This document shows positions 54,931-62,662 of a DNA stretch of 62,662 bases, piece after piece. The DNA is taken from positions 1-62,662 of IMG/VR virus record IMGVR_UViG_3300032322_000475, one strand, 5' to 3'. The DNA comes from a virus. Its lineage: Duplodnaviria; Caudoviricetes. The stretch's first letter is position 1. Every line of letters starts with the position of its first letter. Below the pieces are notes generated by a model. The model had not been told where the DNA came from, ran no database searches, and saw nothing but the letters and a program-made list of their open reading frames with translations. The position numbers were made by a program, and so were the translations under genes.

Positions 54931-55233
54931 ATGCCAGATGTTTTGATAAATAGAGAAATGGTAATGCGTCGGCGGGAGAGGACGTATGAGGAGTGTATGG
55001 AGGTCGGGATGACGCCGGTGCAGAAGGAAGTGTTTTTGGTGATAGATGAGTGGTGGCGGAGGTATGGGTTTGGGCCGTCGATCCGGGATATATGCCGGAT
55101 ACGAGGGAAGGGTGGGATGGGGAATACGAGTGAGATTATTGAGCGGCTGGTGAAGTTGGGGGTGGTGAAGCGGTTGAAGGGAAGTGGGAGAAGTGTTCGG
55201 CCGGTGTATATACAGTTTAGGAATCTGGAATGA
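54931..55233 (+). CDS. LexA-type DNA-binding domain protein (no peptidase domain)
   Basis: MTPVQKEVF..I...YGFGPSIRDIC...L...G.VKR....RSVR. Confidence 0.75.
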   Translation: MPDVLINREMVMRRRERTYEECMEVGMTPVQKEVFLVIDEWWRRYGFGPSIRDICRIRGKGGMGNTSEIIERLVKLGVVKRLKGSGRSVRPVYIQFRNLE

Positions 55234-55436
55234 ATAGAGACGAGCAGTTGTTGTTGGAGGCGTTCCAGATGCTCTACCAGGTGTATAAGGAGCAAAAGGC
55301 TGGCCGGAAATATTTTCGGCCGGTGAGTATTTATCCTGTATTGGCGAAGATACAGAAGCGGTTGGATAAGCCTGTGCGGCAGGAGGCGATGTCGATAGTG
55401 GCGATGCGAGAGAAGGCGAACTGTCCGTGGACTTGA
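55230..55436 (+). CDS. Hypothetical protein
   Basis: ATGA coupling; overlaps the terL start. Confidence 0.5.
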   Translation: MNRDEQLLLEAFQMLYQVYKEQKAGRKYFRPVSIYPVLAKIQKRLDKPVRQEAMSIVAMREKANCPWT

Positions 55437-56902
55437 GTGAGTTGATAGGCAAGTTGCCTGCGGCGGAGCAGGAGAAACTGCTGGAGCAGGTGGGGCAGTA
55501 TCGAGATGCGCTCGTGCGGGAGAAGGCGCAGCAGTCGTTCATGGCATTTGTGAAAGAGATGTGGCCGGGGTTTATACATGGCCGACATCATGCGTTGATG
55601 GCTAAGAAGTTTGAAGAGATCGCGCAGGGGAAGTTGAAGCGGCTGATCATCAACATGCCGCCGCGACATACGAAAAGTGAGTTTGCCTCTTACCTGTTGC
55701 CTGCGTGGTTCTTGGGTAAGAACCCACAGAAGAAGGTCATCCAGACGTCGAACACGGCCGAACTGGCGGTGGGGTTTGGTCGGAAGGTCAGGAACCTGGT
55801 GGATAGCGAGCAGTACGGGAAAATCTTCCCGAATGTTGGACTGCGAGTGGATTCGAAAGCGGCTGGCCGGTGGGCGACGAGCCACGGCGGGGACTACTTT
55901 GCAATTGGTGTCGGCGGTACCGTCACTGGTAAGGGCGCGGATCTACTGATTATTGATGACCCGCACTCGGAACAAGAGGCGAGACTAGCGCAAGGCGATC
56001 CGACGGTCTTTGATTCTGTGTATGAATGGTACACGTCAGGTCCACGGCAACGTTTACAGCCGGGCGGGGCGATTATTGTGGTGATGACGCGCTGGTCAGA
56101 CAAGGATTTGACCGGGCGAGTGCTGAAATCTGACTCAACAGAGTGGGAAGTGATTGAGTTACCGGCCATTTTGCCGTCGGGAAATAGCCTCTGGCCTGAG
56201 TTCTGGTCGCTAGACGAGCTGTTGGCGCTGAAAGAAGAGCTTCCTGTCTACAAATGGAACGCTCAGTACCAGCAAAAGCCCACGGGTGAAGAGGGTGCGC
56301 TGGTAAAAAGGGACTGGTGGCAGCTATACGAAGGGGATAGAGCGCCGCCGTGCGAGTTCATCATCCAAAGTTGGGACACTGCGTACACAAAAAACCAGCG
56401 GAGTGACTATTCTGCGTGTACGACATGGGGCGTCTTTCACAAAGACGAGGATGAAAACGATGTGAACATCATTTTGCTGGACGCTTGGAAGGGAAAGGTG
56501 GAGTTTCCTGACTTAAAAGCGAAGGCAAAGGAGCTGTATGACGAGTGGGAGCCGGATTCCTGCATTATTGAAGCAAAAGCGGCGGGGGCACCGCTGATAT
56601 TTGAGCTAAGACGGATGGGTGTGATGGTTTCTGACTTCACGCCGACCCGTGGCAACGATAAGTTCGTGCGTTTGAACAGCGTTACAGACCTATTTTCTTC
56701 CGGTAAAGTGTGGGCACCAGATACCCGGTGGGCGTCGGAGGTGATCGAGGAGTTTGCGAGGTTCCCGAACGCCGAACACGATGACTTAGTGGACTCCGGG
56801 GTACAGGCATTGATGAGATTTCGACAGGGCGGCTTCCTGCGTCTGGGTTCGGACGAGGAAGATGAGCCTATGGGCTTGCAGCGCAAGCGGGTTTACTACT
56901 AA
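55427..56902 (+). CDS. terL: Terminase large subunit
   Basis: NMPPRHTKS, LLIIDDP, VMTRW, QSWDTA, IEAKAAG, HDDLVD. Confidence 0.95.
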   Translation: MDLSELIGKLPAAEQEKLLEQVGQYRDALVREKAQQSFMAFVKEMWPGFIHGRHHALMAKKFEEIAQGKLKRLIINMPPRHTKSEFASYLLPAWFLGKNPQKKVIQTSNTAELAVGFGRKVRNLVDSEQYGKIFPNVGLRVDSKAAGRWATSHGGDYFAIGVGGTVTGKGADLLIIDDPHSEQEARLAQGDPTVFDSVYEWYTSGPRQRLQPGGAIIVVMTRWSDKDLTGRVLKSDSTEWEVIELPAILPSGNSLWPEFWSLDELLALKEELPVYKWNAQYQQKPTGEEGALVKRDWWQLYEGDRAPPCEFIIQSWDTAYTKNQRSDYSACTTWGVFHKDEDENDVNIILLDAWKGKVEFPDLKAKAKELYDEWEPDSCIIEAKAAGAPLIFELRRMGVMVSDFTPTRGNDKFVRLNSVTDLFSSGKVWAPDTRWASEVIEEFARFPNAEHDDLVDSGVQALMRFRQGGFLRLGSDEEDEPMGLQRKRVYY

Positions 56903-56904
56903 AC

Positions 56905-57450
56905 ATGACGAACATTTTGGTCATGAAGCAATTGCCGCCGGAAGTAGTCGATCTGGCGAACCAAGAATTGGATTTGCTTGATGTATATGACGGCGAAGTA
57001 TTCAGAGAAGGCAAGCCGGTAGCCAATTACAAGTACCGCAACAGCAGTTTGCGCTGGGCTGAGTATGGGCATTGGTTTAGCGGGGTGTTGTACCAGTTTG
57101 GCGTGATTGCCAACGAAAACTGGGGCTTTAATATTGACGGGCACCAAGCGATGCAGGTGGCGGATTACACGAAGGGGCAGCATTTTGACTGGCATCCCGA
57201 CCTGATTCCGTTTTCAGGGCCGACAGACAGAAAAGTAAGCGTGGTGTGTTTGATGAGCGACCCGGCTGACTATGAAGGCGGGGAGTTCAAGATACGAGAT
57301 TATCGGGAAGAGACGCAGGTACACGCAGTGCCACTACAAAAGGGAACGGTTATAGCTTTCCCGTCCGCGGTGTGGCATACGGTAACCCCTGTAGTTAGCG
57401 GCGTTCGACGCTCAACAACTTTGTGGCTAACAGGCCCATGTTTTAGATAG
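56905..57450 (+). CDS. 2OG-Fe(II) oxygenase (prolyl-hydroxylase/PKHD-like)
   Basis: HFDWHPD, RKVS, YEGGEF, FPS.VWHTVTPV..GVRRS. Confidence 0.85.
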   Translation: MTNILVMKQLPPEVVDLANQELDLLDVYDGEVFREGKPVANYKYRNSSLRWAEYGHWFSGVLYQFGVIANENWGFNIDGHQAMQVADYTKGQHFDWHPDLIPFSGPTDRKVSVVCLMSDPADYEGGEFKIRDYREETQVHAVPLQKGTVIAFPSAVWHTVTPVVSGVRRSTTLWLTGPCFR

Positions 57451-57458
57451 GAAAGACC

Positions 57459-59924
57459 ATGGCTATTGATAAAGCAGTTAACCGCGCACCGCTAGGCTTG
57501 AGCGATATGGATCTACTCGACACAGGCGAACCTGCGGTAGAGATTGAGATCGAAGATCCAGAGTCGGTGTCTATCGGCATCGGCGGCATAGAGCTTGAGA
57601 TTGAGTCAGAAAAGATGGATGACGAGTTCAGCGCTAACTTGGCTGAAGAGATGGTGGAGTCAGAGCTGCAAAGTCTAGCTGGCGATCTGCTGGGCGACTT
57701 CCAGGATGATATCGACGCCAGAAAAGACTGGATGAAGACGTATGTAGACGGTCTCGAGCTGCTCGGCATGAAGATCGAAGAGCGATCAGAGCCGTGGGAA
57801 GGTGCTTGCGGCGTGTACCACCCGCTGCTGTCAGAAGCGCTGGTGAAGTTCCAAGCCGAGACGATCATGGAAACGTTTCCGGCCAGCGGCCCTGTCAAGA
57901 CCAAGATCATCGGGAAAGAAACGCCGGAGAAGCGGGACTCTGCCGAGCGCGTTCGGGACGATATGAACTACCAGTTGACGGAAGTCATGACCGAATACCG
58001 GCCTGAACATGAGCGCATGTTATGGGGTTTGGGTCTAGCAGGTAATGCGTTCAAGAAGGTGTACTACGACCCATCGCTTGCTCGGCAGGTATCGGTATTC
58101 GTACCGGCTGAAGATGTGGTGGTGCCCTACGGCGCAAGCAATCTGGAGTCATCCCCGCGTGTGACGCATGTCATGCGCAAGACTAAGAATGATCTGCGTC
58201 GGCTGATGGTGGCTGGCTTCTACCGTGATATCGACCTGCCCGAGCCAGAGAATGCGCTGGACGATATTGAGAAAGAGATTGCGGAGAAGATGGGATTCCG
58301 CGCTACCACGGATGATCGGTACAAGATTCTTGAAATGCAGGTGTATTTGGATCTGCCGGGGTACGAGGATGAGGACGAAGATGGCGAGAAGACGGGGATC
58401 GGACTGCCATACATTGTAACTATCGAAAAAACTTCGCAAGAGGTTTTAGCTATTAGGCGCAACTGGCGGCCAGACGACGACACGTACCAGAAGAGGAATC
58501 ACTTTGTTCACTACCCGTATATACCCGGCTTTGGATTCTATGCCTTCGGCCTTATTCACCTTATCGGCGCTTTTGCTAAGTCTGGTACTTCTATTATTAG
58601 GCAGCTTGTTGATGCTGGGACTTTATCGAACCTTCCGGGCGGTCTTAAGACTAAGGGAATGCGGGTCAAAGGAGATGACACTCCAATTGCACCCGGCGAG
58701 TTCCGAGATGTGGACGTCGCCGCCGGTACGATCCGGGACAACATCCTCCCACTTCCGTATAAAGAGCCGAGCCAAGTTCTTCTTGGATTGATGAATCAGA
58801 TCGTTGAGGAAGGTCGCCGATTTGCTGCGGCGGCAGACCTCAAGATCGCAGACATGTCGGCCAACTCTCCGGTCGGCACGACGCTGGCTATTCTGGAGCG
58901 CACGCTCAAGGTCATGTCGGCAGTGCAGGCGCGTATCCACTACGCGATGAAGCAGGAGCTAAAGCTGCTGAAAGACATCATCCGCGACTACACGCCGGAC
59001 GAGTACGACTATACGCCGGTGGAGGGTACGCCGCGTGCCAAGAAGTCGGACTACGACGACATAGATGTGATCCCGGTGTCCGATCCAAACTCGGCCACGA
59101 TGGCACAGAAGGTTGTGCAGTACCAGGCTGTGATGCAGATGGCGCAGGCCAACCCGCAGATCTACGACATGGTGGAGCTGAACCGGCAGATGCTGGAAGT
59201 GCTGGGCATTAAGAATGTGGGCAAGCTGGTGCCGAGCGCGGAGGATCAGAAGCCGCGGGATCCGGTGACGGAGAACATGAATGTGTTGAACGGCAAGCCG
59301 GTCAAGGCGTTTATCTATCAGGATCACGAAGCACATATTGCTGTCCACCGTGCGGCTATGCAGGATCCAAAGATTGCCGCGTTAGTCGGTCAGAACCCGA
59401 AAGCGCAGATGATCATGGCGGCTGCGATGGCGCATATCAACGAGCATGTGGCCTTCCAGTACCGGATTGAGATTGAAAAGCAGTTGGGTGTACCGCTGCC
59501 GGATATGGAAAAGCAGTTGCCGGAAGAAGTGGAAGTCGAGGTTTCTCGCATGATGGCTGCGGCGGCAAGCAAGTTGTTGCAGAAGGATCAGGCAGAAGTT
59601 GCTCAACAGCAGGCGCAGGCAGCGGCACAAGACCCGCTGGTGCAAATGCAGCAGCAGGAGTTGCAGCTCAAAGCGGCAGAAGTCGAGATCAAGCGTCAAA
59701 AGCTTGCTATCGAAGCGGCTGCCAAAGAAGACCAAATGGAAATCGAACGGGCGCGACTCGAAGCGCAGGAGCGGATTGCAGGCGTTCAGGCTGGCGTCAA
59801 AGCGGCAGCAGAGAAGGCAAGGCTCGATGCAGAGATGGAAGCCAAAGGGTTCGACATTGGCAGCAGAATTGCCAAAGACAGGTTAGAGCTACAGAAACCG
59901 CAGTCACCCAAGAAGAAGGGTTAA
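57459..59924 (+). CDS. Portal protein
   Basis: 821 aa after terL; PWEGACGVYHP, GNAFKKVYYD, GFGFYAFG; Gln-rich barrel tail. Confidence 0.85.
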   Translation: MAIDKAVNRAPLGLSDMDLLDTGEPAVEIEIEDPESVSIGIGGIELEIESEKMDDEFSANLAEEMVESELQSLAGDLLGDFQDDIDARKDWMKTYVDGLELLGMKIEERSEPWEGACGVYHPLLSEALVKFQAETIMETFPASGPVKTKIIGKETPEKRDSAERVRDDMNYQLTEVMTEYRPEHERMLWGLGLAGNAFKKVYYDPSLARQVSVFVPAEDVVVPYGASNLESSPRVTHVMRKTKNDLRRLMVAGFYRDIDLPEPENALDDIEKEIAEKMGFRATTDDRYKILEMQVYLDLPGYEDEDEDGEKTGIGLPYIVTIEKTSQEVLAIRRNWRPDDDTYQKRNHFVHYPYIPGFGFYAFGLIHLIGAFAKSGTSIIRQLVDAGTLSNLPGGLKTKGMRVKGDDTPIAPGEFRDVDVAAGTIRDNILPLPYKEPSQVLLGLMNQIVEEGRRFAAAADLKIADMSANSPVGTTLAILERTLKVMSAVQARIHYAMKQELKLLKDIIRDYTPDEYDYTPVEGTPRAKKSDYDDIDVIPVSDPNSATMAQKVVQYQAVMQMAQANPQIYDMVELNRQMLEVLGIKNVGKLVPSAEDQKPRDPVTENMNVLNGKPVKAFIYQDHEAHIAVHRAAMQDPKIAALVGQNPKAQMIMAAAMAHINEHVAFQYRIEIEKQLGVPLPDMEKQLPEEVEVEVSRMMAAAASKLLQKDQAEVAQQQAQAAAQDPLVQMQQQELQLKAAEVEIKRQKLAIEAAAKEDQMEIERARLEAQERIAGVQAGVKAAAEKARLDAEMEAKGFDIGSRIAKDRLELQKPQSPKKKG

Positions 59925-59927
59925 CAC

Positions 59928-60119
59928 ATGGAAAAAGCGTTTGAAATTATTCTCAAACAGGTACGTGACAAGCGCGAACAGATAGTAGAAGCGGTGGCTA
60001 ACAACGCGGCCAAAGACTTCGCGGACTATCAAAAACTTTGCGGCGAGATCCGAGGTCTATCGCTAGCGGAGGGTTTTATCTTGGACCTTGCAAAAAAAAT
60101 GGAGTATTCGGATGAGTGA
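59928..60119 (+). CDS. Small conserved phage protein
   Basis: DFADYQKLCGEIRGL; between portal and GroES. Confidence 0.65.
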   Translation: MEKAFEIILKQVRDKREQIVEAVANNAAKDFADYQKLCGEIRGLSLAEGFILDLAKKMEYSDE

Positions 60120-60513
60120 ACTATTAATCGCCAGTCAAGATGGCGAGACTTCAACGCTGCCAGAAACAGCCGAGGAGAAAGCAAAGCAACTGCCGGAGCC
60201 AACTGGGTATCACATCCTAGTAGCGCTTCCGCCTGCCGAGGAAAAGTTTGACAGTGGCCTCGTTAAAGCAGACCAAACCATGTACGAGGAAAAGGTACTG
60301 GCAACTGTCTTTTTCGTTCTGAAGATGGGACCAGACTGCTACAAGGATGAAAAACGGTTTCCCAACGGCCCATGGTGCAAGGAAGGGGATTTCATTCTCG
60401 CCCGTCCGAACACCGGCACCCGACTAAAAATTCACGGTCAAGAGTTCAGGCTCATCAATGACGACGTGGTCGAGGCGGTAGTGCAGGATCCTCGCGGCAT
60501 CAGTCGCGCTTAA
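60112..60513 (+). CDS. GroES-like co-chaperonin
   Basis: PTGYHILV, SGLVK, MGPDCY, WCKEGDFI, RLINDD.VEAVV. Confidence 0.85.
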   Translation: MSELLIASQDGETSTLPETAEEKAKQLPEPTGYHILVALPPAEEKFDSGLVKADQTMYEEKVLATVFFVLKMGPDCYKDEKRFPNGPWCKEGDFILARPNTGTRLKIHGQEFRLINDDVVEAVVQDPRGISRA

Positions 60514-60527
60514 CAAAGGAGAAACAA

Positions 60528-61475
60528 ATGGCAGAACAAGATCGTGAAGATTTCAAGTTCCCTGATGAGCAAGAGGACAAAAAAGCCGAGGCTCAGTCGG
60601 AGGAATTTGAGTTCGAGATAGAGGACGATACCCCGCCGGAGGATCGAGGCCGTGAGCCGATGCCGAAGGAGATCGTCCAGGAGCTAGACAGCGACGAGTT
60701 GGAAGAGTATTCCGAAAACGTCAAGCTGCGCCTGAAGCAGATGAAGAAGGTGTGGCACGACGAGCGCCGGGAAAAAGAAACCGCGTTGCGTGAACAGCAA
60801 CAGGCTCTGGCTTACGCCCAGCGTTTGATGGAAGAAAACAACGCGCTCAAAGGCCGGTTGAACCAAGGCGAGCAAGTCTTTGTTGAGACGGTCAAGAATG
60901 CGGCAGAGCTGGAGCTGGATGCGGCCAAGAAGGCTTACAAAGAAGCCTACGACTTGGGCGATGCTGACCAGTTGATTGAGGCGCAGACCCGATTGAATCA
61001 GGCGCAGTTCAAGTTGCAGCGGGCAAATGAGTTCGTGCCCACTAGACATGAGCCGCAAACTGCGGTACAACCCGCACAAAATCCAGTCCCCCGTCCTGAC
61101 CAAAGAGCCGTTGAGTGGCAAGAGCGCAACGAATGGTTTGGTAAGGACGAGGAAATGACCAGCTTGGCTCTGGGCTTGCATCAGAAGTTGGTCGGTCAGT
61201 ATGGGACGTCATATCCGTCTACTGACGAGTACTGGAAAAAGGTTGACGACACGATGCGTCGTCGATTCCCAGAGTATTTTGCAGATCGGGACGAAGCCCC
61301 TGCGCAGGAGACAAAACCCCAGCGCGAGAAACCCGCCCCTGTAGTGGCTCCTGCAACGCGCAGCACTGGCTCCAAAAAAGTCAAAGTAGCGCAGTCGGCA
61401 GTCAACACAGCCAAACGACTGGGTGTGCCGTTGGAGAAATACGTACAGGAAATGATGAAACTGGAGGGTAGATAA
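60528..61475 (+). CDS. Putative capsid scaffolding protein
   Basis: Acidic N-terminus, coiled coil, W.ERN.WFG, AKRLGVPLEKY end; upstream of capsid. Confidence 0.7.
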   Translation: MAEQDREDFKFPDEQEDKKAEAQSEEFEFEIEDDTPPEDRGREPMPKEIVQELDSDELEEYSENVKLRLKQMKKVWHDERREKETALREQQQALAYAQRLMEENNALKGRLNQGEQVFVETVKNAAELELDAAKKAYKEAYDLGDADQLIEAQTRLNQAQFKLQRANEFVPTRHEPQTAVQPAQNPVPRPDQRAVEWQERNEWFGKDEEMTSLALGLHQKLVGQYGTSYPSTDEYWKKVDDTMRRRFPEYFADRDEAPAQETKPQREKPAPVVAPATRSTGSKKVKVAQSAVNTAKRLGVPLEKYVQEMMKLEGR

Positions 61476-61925
61476 ATGGCCGAGAACCGTATGCCACGTA
61501 GTACAGAAAACCGTAACCAAACGCAGCGCCCCCAGCAGTGGGCACCGCCGGAGCTTCTGCCAGAACCAGATAAGCAGCCGGGTTACAAATACCGTTGGAT
61601 TCGCGTGACGCTTGGAGGCCAGTCCGACGCTCGCAACATCTCTACCAAAATCAGAGAAGGTTGGGAGCCAGTCAAGGTCGAAGAGCAACCGCAATATTCA
61701 CTGCTAGTCAACGGCGAGGGACGGTGGAAAGACTGTGTCCAAGTCGGCGACGTGATGTTGTGCAAGACGCCAGAGGAGTTGGCCGAGCAGCGTAACCAAC
61801 ATTACCTGCAACAGTCGGAACAGCAAATCAAGGCGGTGGACAACAACCTTATGCGGCAAAATGACCCACGTATGCCGCTCTTCAAGGAGTCGAATTCATC
61901 GACTTCGAGAGGTGGCGGTACTTAA
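61476..61925 (+). CDS. Conserved head-module protein
   Basis: WAPPELLP, GYKYRWIR, REGWEPV, MLCKTP. Confidence 0.65.
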   Translation: MAENRMPRSTENRNQTQRPQQWAPPELLPEPDKQPGYKYRWIRVTLGGQSDARNISTKIREGWEPVKVEEQPQYSLLVNGEGRWKDCVQVGDVMLCKTPEELAEQRNQHYLQQSEQQIKAVDNNLMRQNDPRMPLFKESNSSTSRGGGT

Positions 61926-61942
61926 ACTTTTTGGAGTAAACG

Positions 61943-62599
61943 ATGGCATATCCTACTGTATCGAAGCCTTATGGGCTTCAGCCGGTCAATTTGATCGGCG
62001 GGCAGGTGTACGCCGGTTCCACTCGTCTGTTCCGTATCGCGGCTAATTACAACACCAGCATTTACTATGGTGATGTGGTCAAGCTGGCCTCTGACGGTAC
62101 TATCGTCAAAGATACGGGCACAACGACTGCGACTCCGGTTGGCATCTTCTTGGGTTGCACTTATACCAACCCATCAACCAAGCAGAAACTGTACTATCAG
62201 TCGTACACGGCCAGCACTAACGCCGATGACATCCAGGCGTACGTAGTGGATGACCCGGACGTTCTGTTCAAGGTTGCTGCTGTTTCTTCCGGTACTACCG
62301 TGGCTTTCTACAGCTCGGAGCAGATCGGTCTGAACGCAGCGCTGGTGCAGAACAACGGTTCTAACACCACTGGTGATTCGCAAGTTGCAATTCTTGGCAC
62401 TTCGTTTGCCGTTACTGCATCGTTGCCAATCCGCGTTGTTGATATTGTTCCTGATACTTCGAATAGCGCTAACGGCTATTGCGAGTTCATTTGCAAATTC
62501 AACGCACCGTACATTGTTTCCACGTTCACCAATACGTCTAACCTCGTTACCTCGACGGTAACTGGCGGTCATGCGTATCTGAACCCGACTGGTGTTTAA
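61943..62599 (+). CDS. Capsid decoration/auxiliary protein
   Basis: PYGLQPV, IYYGDVV, VGIFLGC.Y, VVDDPDVLF; immediately before the capsid gene. Confidence 0.65.
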   Translation: MAYPTVSKPYGLQPVNLIGGQVYAGSTRLFRIAANYNTSIYYGDVVKLASDGTIVKDTGTTTATPVGIFLGCTYTNPSTKQKLYYQSYTASTNADDIQAYVVDDPDVLFKVAAVSSGTTVAFYSSEQIGLNAALVQNNGSNTTGDSQVAILGTSFAVTASLPIRVVDIVPDTSNSANGYCEFICKFNAPYIVSTFTNTSNLVTSTVTGGHAYLNPTGV

Positions 62600-62609
62600 G
62601 GAGTAAGAC

Positions 62610-62662
62610 ATGGCTATTTCACGCGCACAACTACTGAAAGAGCTACTGCCTGGCCTGAACGC
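62610..62662 (+). CDS. Major capsid protein N-terminus (3' truncated)
   Basis: SD AAGGAG; MAISRAQLLKELLPGLN... Confidence 0.8.
   Translation, partial: MAISRAQLLKELLPGLN

Larger units (their letters stand above)
1..62662. mobile_element. Near-complete tailed dsDNA bacteriophage genome (podovirus-like), circularly permuted within the major capsid gene
   Basis: Terminase, portal, scaffold, capsid, tail, lysis, ejection and replication genes are present; the two window ends encode the two ends of one capsid protein; no host housekeeping genes. Confidence 0.95.

Noticed and set aside
1-62662. tRNA genes, integrase/att site, DNA polymerase
   Set aside because: No cloverleaf or catalytic motifs recognised by eye; tRNAscan and HMM searches would be needed to exclude them formally

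Overview
The window is a near-complete, circularly permuted tailed dsDNA phage genome (podovirus-like gene set; no integrase, DNA polymerase, tRNA or CRISPR seen). It is opened inside the major capsid gene: the window ends with the capsid N-terminus (62610-62662) and begins with its C-terminal part (2-688). Layout: (+) capsid, a cluster of small Lys-rich proteins, neck/tail genes, two Gly-rich fibres, lysis genes and four ejection/internal virion proteins (1-31.8 kb); (-) a sugar/glycosyltransferase cassette (RfbH/DdhC, a TPP enzyme, an SDR, four GTs) and recombination genes (31.8-43.5 kb); a 740-bp divergent control region with four sigma70-like promoters, repeated boxes and structured RNA candidates; (+) GT-like, ParB-like, C5 methyltransferase, helicase, PAPS-reductase-like and Toprim genes (44.2-51.2 kb); (-) small early-type genes (51.2-53.9 kb); (+) terminase, LexA-like regulator, portal, GroES, scaffold and capsid genes. 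The most notable signals are: a short [MFY][AK]xGG peptide motif repeated more than 25 times across ten basic and ejection proteins; a yersiniose-like branched dideoxysugar pathway; a double-pseudoknot RNA leader after the capsid gene; an alternative-frame gene inside the methyltransferase; and a small secreted 8-Cys peptide. All family assignments come from motif recognition by eye, with no database search.
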